DNA of 64,000 nt from Camelus ferus (lineage: Eukaryota). The first letter of the stretch is position 1, and each line of letters starts with the position of its first letter. The notes under the pieces were generated by a model. The model had not been told where the DNA came from. It did no database searches and saw only the letters and a list, made by a program, of their open reading frames with translations. Below are positions 53,823 through 64,000 of this stretch, in pieces. The DNA lies in the NCBI RefSeq assembly GCF_009834535.1, contig NC_045696.1:87608001-87672000 (forward strand). The letters are read 5' to 3'. Position numbers and translations under genes: made by a program.

Positions 53823-55107
53823 ACCATAAGCAAAACAAAGTGACAACCTACAGAATGGAAAAAAATATTTTCAAATGATGCGACTGACAAAGGCTTAATT
53901 TCCAGAATATATAAATAGCTCATACAACTTAATAAGAAAAAAAAACAAACAGCCCAGTCCAAAAACAAGCAGAAGACCTAAACAACCAATTCTCCAATGA
54001 AGACATACAAATGGCCAATAGGCACATAAAAAAAATGCTCAATATCACTAATTATCAGAGAAATGCAAATTGAAACTACAATCAGGTATCACCTCACACC
54101 AGTCAGAATGGCCATCATTCAAAAAGTCCACAAATGATAAATGCTGAAGAGGGTGTGGAGAAAAGGGAACCCTCCTACACTGTTGGTGGGAATGTAGTTT
54201 GGTGCAGCCACCATGGAAAACAGTATGGAGATTCCTCAAAAGACCAAAAATAGACTTACCATATGACCCAGCCATCCAACCCCTGGGCATATATCCAGAG
54301 GGAACCTTAATTCAGAAAGACACATGCACCCCAATATTCACAGCAGCACTATTTACAATAGCCAAGACATGGAAACAACCTAAATGTCCATTGACAGATG
54401 ACTGGATAAAGAAGTTGTGGTATATTTATATAATGGAATACTACTCAGCCATAAAAAGAATAAAATAATGCCATTTACACCAACATGGAATGACCTAGAG
54501 AATGTCATTCTAAGCGAAGTAAGCCAGAAAGAGGAAGAAAAATACATGATATCCCTCATATGTAGAATCTTAAAAAAAAAAAAAGAAAAACAAACATTTA
54601 CAAAACATAAACAGACTCACAGACATAGAAAACAAACTTATGATTACCAGGGGGGAAAAGGGGTGGGAAGGGATAAATTGGATGTTTCAGATTTGCAGAT
54701 ACTATATATAAAATAGATAAACAACAAGTTTGTACTGTATAGCAGAGGGAACTATATTCAATATCTTGTAGTAACTTATGGTAAAAAAGAATATGAAAAT
54801 GAATACATATATATATATATACACACACATATATACATATATGCTCCTACATGACTGAAGTATTGTGCCGCACACCAGAAATTGATACAACATTGTTAAT
54901 TGACTATACTTCAATAAAAACATATATAAAAACAGATTTTTTTAAAATTTATGCTATATAGCACAGGGAACTATGCTCAATATCTTGTAATAACCTTTAA
55001 TAGAAAAATGTGAAAACGATTATACATATGTATATGCATGACTGGGACATTGTGCTGTACACAAGAATCTGACACATTGTAACTAACGGTACTTCAATAA
55101 AATAAAC
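53823..55107 (+). mobile_element. 5'-truncated younger L1: ORF2 C-terminus plus 3' UTR, with a tandemly doubled 3' end
   Basis: ORF 54199..54468 is the ORF2p C-terminus (WKTVWRFLK...PYDPAI.PLGIYP...[18 protein letters not shown]...WIKKLWYIY.MEYYSAIK). 16-bp TSD with 2 mismatches: aaatcacatattgctt (53807-22) / aaatcatatactgctt (55108-23). Confidence 0.95.
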
Positions 55108-55504
55108 AAATCATATACTGCTTTATCATTATCTGAATCACAGCATCAGATAGTATAAGATGGATCGGGTAGAGAAAATGATGTTTATGAAACTGGTTAC
55201 ATTATCATTGATGCAAACAAGTTCAGAGGATATATATCAGGCTTCAATCACATGCCTGGTATTATATGGATTCAGTGGCTTTCAAGCTTTAGCCTGTATC
55301 AGAATCACCTGGAAGGCCTGGTTTGCGTTTGCAAATGAATGCTATGTAGGATTTAAAACAGAAAAGCAGCAAAGGGCATTTGGAGAGAAAGAGGACATTT
55401 CTCTTTAGAATAACAATAAACAAGGGGACACCTTCATGGAACACATTAATTTCAGATTAATGCCGTCCAAGTCAATATACATTGTTGAAATTATAGCACT
55501 TGCT

Positions 55505-55630
55505 TAATATTTTTCCCACTAGAATATAGGCTCCATTAGGGCAAGGATTTTGCCTGCCATGGTATATCCAACCTCTAATACAGTATCTGGTACTTAATAG
55601 GTGCACAATAAATATCTGTATGAATGAATG
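55505..55630 (+). mobile_element. L2 3' end
   Basis: 'ccactagaatataggctccattagggcaagg...ctggtacttaataggtgcacaataaatatctgtatgaatgaatg'. Confidence 0.85.
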
Positions 55631-56334
55631 TATATCCAGATGGCGTAAGAGTGAAATTAAAGGCAGGCATTATTCACAAGGACTGGATCTACAATACGGA
55701 ATTATGTAACTAATTTTTATCAATTGGACAAGGAAACCTATAGGTACATATGAAAAAAGAGTTGGCAGTTATAGGTGCCTGAGAAGGAATAAAGATTTGT
55801 GGAAAAAATAAAGAACAATTTGCAGAAAAAAAAGTTATGAGTCAAGATTTAAGTTTAAGACATCATAAAATCCGACAATTTTTATGGAAAAAAAAACTTG
55901 AAGACCAATGAAATGATATATTTAATTAAGAAAATTAAAATAGTTATTGGGTTGTACCACTAGAAGTCTGTATCACTAACCCAAGTTGAGAAAATTATTA
56001 TAAAAATAATTAAGAAGGTAATTCCCTATTTTAATTTACCAAGAAGTGTCTTGAACATATAATCTACTTGTATCAAGTATAGTTGCAGACTTTTAGGGGG
56101 AAAAAAGGATTGTTTACTGTTTGTGTTCTCAAATGTCTCATAGGCCAATATCCAGAAAGCCTTCAAGATCCAAAGGCAAAGTTCAAATAAATAGTAATAT
56201 ACAGGAAATAGATTTAAAACTACTTTATTTAAGAGTTTATCTCCACTAAAATGAAGAAACTGGACTTAAGCCAAAAGGACTAGCTGTAATCAGGAAACTG
56301 TAAAGTATATTTCTACTAATTGTTTTAAAAAATT

Positions 56335-57265
56335 AGAGAAAGATACCTGAAAAATCTTAAAATATGTGGAGACTAAGCAACACACTTTGAAATAACATAT
56401 GAGTCAAAGAGGAGATGTCAAGAGAAATTTAAGAATATTCTGAACTAAATAAAAATGAAAATACAACTTACCAAGATGTGTGGGATTCAACAAAAGCAAT
56501 CCTTAGAGGGAAATTTATAGCACTTGAATGTATATATAAGAAAAGAAGAAAGATCTAAAACAATAATCTAAGCTTTTCCTTTAAGAAAGACAGAGAAAAA
56601 GAAAGCAAATTCAATCCAAAGTATCAGAGGAAAAGAAATAATAAGAATCAGCACAGAAATCAACAAAACTGGAAACAAATCAATAGAGAATATCAGTAAG
56701 ACCAAAACCCAGTTCTTTGAAAAAGACCAATAAAATTGGCAAGTTTCCAGCCATACTAATGAGACAGAGAGAGAGAAAGAACACAAATGACTAATATAAG
56801 AAATGAAAAAGGGATCACTATAAATCCCATGGGCATCAAGCACATAATAAAAAAATCTTATGAACAACTCTCTACCCATAACCTAGATACAATGAGCCAA
56901 TTCCTTGAAAGACACAATATGTCAAAACTCACACAGGAACAAAAAGACAATGTGAAATGAAAACATCTGTATCTATCAAAGAAATTGCATCAGAAACTAA
57001 ACACTCCAAAACAGAAAGCACCAGACCTAGACGGTTAACTGGTGAATTATACCAAATATTCTGACAAGAAATTAACCAATTCTCTGTAACCTCTTCCAGA
57101 AGATAAAAGCAGAGGGAATACTTTTTAACTTAATCTCTGAGGCCAGCCTTACCTTACTATCAGGACAAGATAAATTTTACATTAACTACAGACTAATATT
57201 CCTCATAAATATAGATATAAAAATTCTCAACAAAATGATAGAAAATTGAATCTAACAATGTATAT
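56335..57265 (+). mobile_element. Older L1 ORF2 (endonuclease-to-RT linker region), left part
   Basis: 'aatgaaaatacaacttaccaagatgtgtgggattcaacaaaagcaatccttagagggaaatttatagc', 'gcaccagacctagacggttaactggtgaatt', 'aaaattctcaacaaaat'. Confidence 0.9.
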
Positions 57266-57278
57266 AAATATTTAATAT

Positions 57279-57888
57279 CTTTATATGAGAATTTCTAGGT
57301 TTACCCATGTTACTGTAAATGGCATTATTTCATTCTTTTTTATAGCTAACTAATATTCCATTCCACATCTTCTTTATCCATTCATCTGTCAATGGATGTT
57401 TAGGTTGCTTTCATGTCTTGGCTATTGTAAACAGTGCTACTATGGGAACTGAGGTGAATATATCTTTACAAATTAGCATTTTCTCTGGATGTATGCCCAG
57501 GGGTGGGATTGATGGATCATATGGTAACTCTATTTTTAGTTTTTTAAGAAACTGCCACCATACTCTTTTCCAGAGCGGCTTCCCCAATCTACATTCCCAC
57601 CAACAGTATAAGAAGATTCCCATTTCTCCACAACCTCTTCAGCATTTACTGTTTGTGGACTTTTTAATGATAGCCAATTCTGACCAGTGCGAGGTATTAC
57701 TTCATTGTAGCTTTTTGACTTGCATTTCTCTAATAAAGAAGTTGAACATCTTTTCAGGTGCTTATTTGCCATTTGTATGTCTTCTTTGGAAAAATGTCTA
57801 TTTAGGTCTTCTGCCCATTTTTTGATTACGTTTTTGGGTTTTTTTTTAATATTAAGCTGTATGACCTCTTTGTATATTTTGCAAATAA
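57279..57888 (-). mobile_element. Younger L1 ORF2 C-terminal segment, inverted part of a twin-primed insertion
   Basis: Minus ORFs 57411..57623 ([16 protein letters not shown]...[18 protein letters not shown]) and 57536..57982 ([30 protein letters not shown]). Confidence 0.93.
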
Positions 57889-58302
57889 TTAATTCAGACA
57901 AAGAAAGACAGATATCATATGTTACCATGTACATGTGGAATCTAAAAAAATAAAAGATACAAATGAACTTATTTACAAACAAGTAATAGAGTCACAGACA
58001 TAGAAAACAAGCTTATGGTAACCAAAGGAGAAAGAGGGGGAAGAATAAATTAGGAGTATGGAACTTATATAAAATAGATAAATAACAAGGACCTACTGTA
58101 TAGTGCATATATATATATATACACACACACACACAAATATATACACATATCCATACACACATATGTGTATTATACATTTTTTTTGTGTGTGTATACATAT
58201 ATGTATCTACATCTGAGTCACTTTGCTGTACACCTGAAACTAACAACACTGAAAATCAGCTATACTTCAATTTGAAACATTTTTTAAAAACTAAATAAAA
58301 AA
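57889..58302 (+). mobile_element. Younger L1 3' end (sense part) with internal (AT)/(AC) microsatellite
   Basis: 'tcagacaaagaaagacagatatcatatg...gtggaatctaaaaaaa...cacagacatagaaaacaagcttatggtaacc...gtcactttgctgtacacctgaaactaac...ctatacttcaat'. Confidence 0.92.
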
Positions 58303-58419
58303 GTACATCTTCTATCTTTAGCCCCTGGTATCAAAATGTTTTGCTCATCAATACAACCTCATGGATTTTCTAAATTAACTTTGATAATAACTGTTATAAA
58401 TTAAAATATATCAATTTAT

Positions 58420-58930
58420 TGTAGGAAAGAATTAATATCATGATCATGTTATTCCAGGTATGCAAGACTTGCTTAACATTCAAAATCAATTATTATAATC
58501 CATCATATCAACGGGTTCGAGAAGAAAAATCACATGATTGTTAACAACAGATATAGAAAAAGCACTTAAAATGTCAAAAATGCTCAGTAAACTAGGAATA
58601 GAGAGAAATTTCTTCATCTTGTTAAAATCTACGAAAAACTCATAGTTAACACATCATTCTTAATAATGAGGAACTCATAGCTCGTCCCCTCTCTCCACTG
58701 CTTTTCAACATTATACGAGAACTCCTAGCTAATGCTATAAAATAAGAAAAGGAAATAAAAGATAAACAGATTGGGAAGGAAGAAATAAAACCATCTTTGT
58801 TCACAAAAGAATATTTGTTTTTGTAGAAAATCTGGAAAAAAGCACCAAAAAAATCCTCCTGGAACTAACAAGTGATTATAGTAAAGTTGCAGCATACATG
58901 TTTATACAAAAGTCAGTTAATATTCTATAT
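58420..58930 (+). mobile_element. Older L1 ORF2 (RT region), right part
   Basis: 'ttattccaggtatgcaagac...aacattcaaaatcaat...aagaaaaatcacatgat', 'cattatacgagaactcctagctaatgc...gattgggaaggaagaaataaaa'. Confidence 0.88.
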
Positions 58931-59059
58931 TTTTAAAGAAAAAACTAAATCTAATCTTAAATTAATGTTTTCACAGAAGAGAAAAAAATAAAAGCATTTA
59001 TTTTAAAGTAATTTCATGCTAAAATTTAACATGCATTTTATGGAAATGGAAAATTATAT

Positions 59060-60620
59060 GCTCATTTCACATAGGAGAATAAATGCAAAATTCTAAACAT
59101 AACATTAATAAATTGAATTTAAGAATGTACAACTTAACAATATTTATGTCATGCCTAAGTTGACTTTATCTTAGAATTGTAATAATGATTAACATTAGAA
59201 AATAAATTAATATAATTAATCACATTAAATGATTATGGGAGAACTACCTTATAATCATCTCAAGATATTAAACATAGATTGAAAATCAATGTCTATTTAT
59301 GATTTTTTAAAAAGTTCTTTAGCAAACTAAAAATTGAGAAATTCTTTAAATAAAAAATGGACATCTACTAAAACATCTATACATTCCATACTTACTGGTG
59401 AAATTTTAGAAGAATGTATTTTAAAATCAGAAATATACAAAGACATTCTCTATCATTTCTTTCTCTCAACATTGTACTAGAAACATGATAAATGAGGTGG
59501 TAATGAAAACTTATCTGGTATTCAATAAATGATGCTAGAGTAACTGGTTATCCACTGGAAAAAATAAAAAAGGATTACTACTACCACAGATTTAAAAAAT
59601 AATTTCAGGTATATAGGAGTAAACATAAAAAAGAAAACAGGTAACAATAATAATAATAATAATAATAAAATAAATAATAACAATAAAATATTTCTCCACA
59701 ATCATGTACAGAATGCCATAAAACATATTAATGAAATTGGACTAGAAATTGCTTTGTTAAAAAAGTCATAGAAAACATGAATCATAAAGGAAGATCAATA
59801 AACTCAACTGCCTTGCCTTTAAATATTCTTTGTGTATAAATAGACATACAAATAAAGATGTCATGACAAGATAAGCCACATACTAGTAGCGAGAAAAATA
59901 TAAATTAAAACCACGAGATAACTTTTAATTCCCATCGAAATGGCAATGACTTAATTGTACCATTCCAAAACTTTCGAGAAAAAGAACTGCAACCCTCACA
60001 TACTGCTAGTAGTACTAAATACACTGTTTAAATCACTCTGGAGATGACAGAGACATTATCTAGTAAAGCAGAGGTTACTTATAATCTTTGACCTGTAAAT
60101 TCCATTTCTAGATGAACTGCATAGGAAAAGCTCTTATAGAAAGTTGGGGGAAGAGCTTACAATGATATTCATAGCAAGTATACCTGTGAAAAACTGGAAA
60201 TGATGTTAAGGTCCATCAAGAGAAATACGTTATATTCAAATGGCAGGATACTAAACAACAGTTAAAATGAATAAACTAAATTTACATATCTATCAACCAA
60301 CTATACTTAGTTTATTAATAAACTAAAGTTACATATATATCAACAATGAGAAACATCTCATTGATATATTAAGCAAATACACAGATTGCAGAAGATAAGT
60401 ATGAATATATGAATATACTTGTTATCAAATTTAAAATACTGCAACAGTATATTACTAATTAGTAGCATACAAATGAAAGTTAAAAATAGAAAGGTCATCA
60501 TGATAAATCCTAAATTCATTTGGAGAGAGAAGAACGGAATTGAGGAAATAAATGTATAAACTTTTAAAAACATAGACATCAAAATTCTAACATTATCTTC
60601 ATTTTGCATACCTCTGGTAT
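59060..60620 (+). mobile_element. Highly decayed L1ME-type ORF2/3' fragments
   Basis: 'aatgcaaaattctaaacataacattaataaattgaatt', 'tattcaataaatgatgctagagtaactgg', 'tgacctgtaaattccatttctag'. Confidence 0.65.
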
Positions 60621-60744
60621 GTGTAAAAACTATTGTTAAAGTTACATCTAAAAATCCATCCGCACCCACACTCATGTTAGGCATAGCCTTGCTAGCACTC
60701 TAGGAATTCCTATAGTCCCTAGGCAAATTAAATAAGGCCACGAA

Positions 60745-61248
60745 TACATCAGCCATTCTGTCGCAGAACTGGCATCTTTGTTTCCCTCCTCTTGAATCAG
60801 GACAGGCTCTGTGTCTGCCTTGTTCAACAGAATATGCTGGAAGTGATGTTATTCTAGTTTCTGAGCTTCATTCTTAGGAAACTTAAGAGTTTCCACTTCC
60901 TGTCCCAGGGAGCCCTGAGCAGCCTTATGAGAAATCTGACTAGGCTGAGATGGTGATGCTAGATACACCACATGCAGGCACTCTGCTGACAGTTCCAGCC
61001 AGGCCATGCCTTCCAACCATGTCTGCCAAGAAACCAGACTTTGTCAGCAAACCCATCTAGGATCCTTCAGTCATTCCCTAGCTAAATACACCAAATGACC
61101 TCAGTAAACTCTATGGAAAGTACAAGAATCATCCATTTGATTCCTACACCTGATTCCTACTGGATTCCTGACTCCAAAAAATTTGCTAACATAAAATGGT
61201 TGTTTTAAGTCCCAAAATTTGGGAGTAGTTCAATAGGTAACTGGAAAA
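60745..61248 (+). mobile_element. MaLR solo LTR (MLT1G/H-like)
   Basis: 'tttccctcctcttgaatcaggacaggctctgtg...caacagaatatgctggaagtgatg...ggagccctgagc...ataaaatggttgttttaagtccc...ataggtaactggaa'. Confidence 0.8.
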
Positions 61249-62597
61249 ATCCTTTGAAAATACTTGTAAACTCTTGCTAAGTATCAACTCACCATGGTTA
61301 AGGCATAGAAAAACAGCTTTTCCAGGGTCTTATAGATAATCCTTTCATGCCAAAACAAAACAAACAAGGTACTATTTTGAATTATTTTAACAGGAATCAC
61401 TTGCTAGAAAACATTATTCCTTCTCCATTATATTTTGCCTATATTCTATTCATGAGTTATTGAAAACCATGCTACTTTCTCCTGCATCTGCCATATGGGT
61501 CTCATGAAGCCTTTCAGTTATTTGTATTTCTCTGTTTAACCTCAAATATTTTGATTATTTACCATAGACTGTACTATATGAATCCTTCAAGCATTTTAAA
61601 AACAAATGGGAGCCATCCTGAGGTTGGTATGTCATGCTGAGAGACAAGTAGATGCACAGCCCCTGAACAGAAACACATTCAGTGTGAAGAGCAAATGAAA
61701 TGCACGTGGGTTTGTGGTAAAAGACATCAATGTAGGACAAAGTAGCATACTGAGCATGTTAAGAAGTTTTCATTTTATTAAAAGCAATGGAGAATCTTCG
61801 GAGGGCGTAAAGTGGGAGTAATCCCTGTGGCCTCCGTGAGGAGGGTGGATTTGAGGAGAGCTTTTCCACTTCCCTGCTGCCAGCCCCAGTTTCCAGAGCC
61901 GAATCTTAGTTCTTATTTTGCCCAGCCTCATCTTGGTTGGACTCTCTGATTAGCTCACCTTGCCTGTAAGGCTCTAATCATCTTCCTTAGCCTCGTAAAG
62001 CTGTGTGCTCACACTGCTATTTTAGTACATTATGCTTGATTATAAACAGGGTTGGAATAACCACACTCTGATGTTCATTTGATCCCACTCTGAAACACCA
62101 CTTCAATATTCATCTCGTGTTCTCTTCTAATTCTTCCTGCTGGGGGTGAATACTTTCCCAAAGCATCAAATCTAGCTGTCTACAGGCTGATCTCATAACT
62201 TTTCTCCATATAATCTACATTTGGTTCCTAAAACTATTATTAGTCCTTGGCAAGGATGAACATGCCTGGTAGAGTTTTCATTATTATCCCATACTTCCAG
62301 CAATTGATGGGGGCTCAAATAGGTGCCATGTGCTTCAACCTTCACATTACAACCAAAGCTTACAGAAGCTCTTTTTATTTAAGGCATTTACGACATTTGT
62401 AGCTCTAAGGAAAAAAGTAAAATTTAAAGATTCTATAATTCATGGAGATCTGTCATCAATTTCAACTAAGAATTAGATTTGTAATTTTAATTTTAAATCA
62501 ATGTTAATTAATTTAAAAATTAAAATTTGAAAACTAAAATCTCAAGTTGTAAATTCATAATGAGTAAGGTATGTTTTGAAGTCTAAAACTCATTTCA

Positions 62598-63710
62598 TAA
62601 TAAGCAAATGAGACCTAATTAAACTTGATGGCTTTTGCAGAACAAAGGAAACCATCGACAAAATGGAAAGACAACTTACAGAATGTGAGAAAATATTTGC
62701 AAATGTTATGACCAACAGGGGGTTAATATCCAAAATACATAAATGGCTCAGACAACTCAGTATCAAAAAAGCACCAAACAACCCAATCAAAAATTGGACA
62801 GAAGACCTGACTAGACATTTTTCCAAAGACCAACAGATGACTAACAGACACATGAAAAGATGCTCAACATCACTAATTATGAGAGAAACACAAATCCAAA
62901 CAGCAATTAGGTATCACTTCACACCTGTCAGAATGGCTATCATCAAACAAAAAGTCTACAAATAACAAATGTTAGAGAGCATTGGAGAAAGGGAACCCTT
63001 GTACACTGTTGGTGGGAATGTAAATTGGTGCAGCCACTCTGGAAAACAGTATGGAGGTTCCTCAAAAAACTAAAAATAGAACCATTATATGATCCAGCAA
63101 TCCCACTCCTGGGCATATATTTTGAAAAAAATGAAAACACTAATTCAAAAAAATACATGCACCCAAAAAATGTTCACAGCAGCACTGTTTACAACTGCCA
63201 AGATATGGAAGTGACACAAGTGCTCATCAACAGAGGATAAATGAAGACGTGGTGTTACATACAATGGCATATTTATTTCTCAGCCATAAAAAAGAATGAA
63301 ATTCTGCCATTTGCAGCAATGTGGATGGACATAGAGAATATTATGGAAGTGAATTAAGTCAGACAGATGAAGACAAATACTGCATGGTAGCACTTATATG
63401 TGGAATATAAAAAATGACACACATGAATGTATATGCAAAACTGAAACAGATGCAGACATAGAAAACAAACTAGTTGTTACAAAGGGGAGAGGGAAGATGG
63501 GAGGGACAAATTAGGGTTATGGGACTAAGAGATACAAACTACTATACATAAAATAAGTAAGCAACAAGGATGTATTATATAGCACAGGGAATTATAACCA
63601 TTATCTTATAATAACTTTTAATGGAGTATCATCTGTAAAAATACTTAATCATTATGTTGTACACCTGAACCTAACAGAATATTGTAAATCAGCTATACTT
63701 CAATTAAAAA
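62598..63710 (+). mobile_element. 5'-truncated L1: ORF2 C-terminus plus 3' UTR
   Basis: ORFs 62663..62965 (RGLISKIHK...[17 protein letters not shown]...[28 protein letters not shown]) and 63025..63240 ([31 protein letters not shown]); ends 'aatattgtaaatcagctatacttcaattaaaaa'. Confidence 0.95.
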
Positions 63711-64000
63711 TGTTTTGTGTGTTTATATGCATACATACAGCAATTAACAAAACTTCTTAAAAATTATCTTTTTATGTGTGGAGTAACTTGCTGGGACACA
63801 CAAACACACACAGCAATAAGGGAGTTATTTGAAAATATTTCGAATGAAGGCGTACGCCTCCACTAACACAATGACTGAAGGTTGTGTGGTTATCTGGGAA
63901 ATGCACAGGTAGAAGAAATCACCTTGTGGCCACTTAAAGTAAAACACCTAGAAATGTCACAAATAGCTCCACTGTCTACAGAAAATGGTATAACATGGCC

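Noticed and set aside
54048..54923. Cluster of overlapping ORFs with protein-like sequence (also 57411-57982 and 62590-63240)
   Set aside because: These are frameshifted LINE-1 ORF2 C-terminal fragments and their antisense frames in 5'-truncated copies, not genes.
1..64000. CRISPR array, prokaryotic operon or defence system, or intact ERV/retrogene
   Set aside because: No regularly spaced repeat-spacer array, no long ORFs, no gag/pol/env internal sequence or PBS next to any LTR; composition and repeats are plainly mammalian non-coding.

Overview
This window is AT-rich, CpG-poor mammalian non-coding DNA, either intronic or intergenic. It most likely comes from a camelid, based on a Vic-1-like tRNA-derived SINE at ~6.9 kb and cetartiodactyl-type L1 3' UTRs. 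I cannot support any protein-coding gene, structural RNA gene or CRISPR array. The supplied ORFs are either chance open frames or decayed LINE-1 ORF1/ORF2 fragments. What I can recognise is mostly transposable elements: old and younger L1 pieces, L2 and MIR fossils, MaLR (MLT1) and ERV solo LTRs, and Tigger-family MITEs (MER8-like, MER82-like), plus microsatellites. The most notable structures are retrotransposition or repair signatures: three 5'-inverted L1 insertions (one joining ORF1 directly to the 3' UTR), an L1 with a tandemly doubled 3' end inside one TSD, ~120 bp of unexplained sequence nested in an old L1, a short interstitial telomere-like array, and a duplication with a fold-back palindrome. 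A TE-poor block at ~13.5-21.5 kb carries a few splice-site-bounded candidate exons of unknown transcript. I found no evidence for a new biological system. TE family names come from recalled consensus similarity, not a database search, and boundaries of old elements are approximate.
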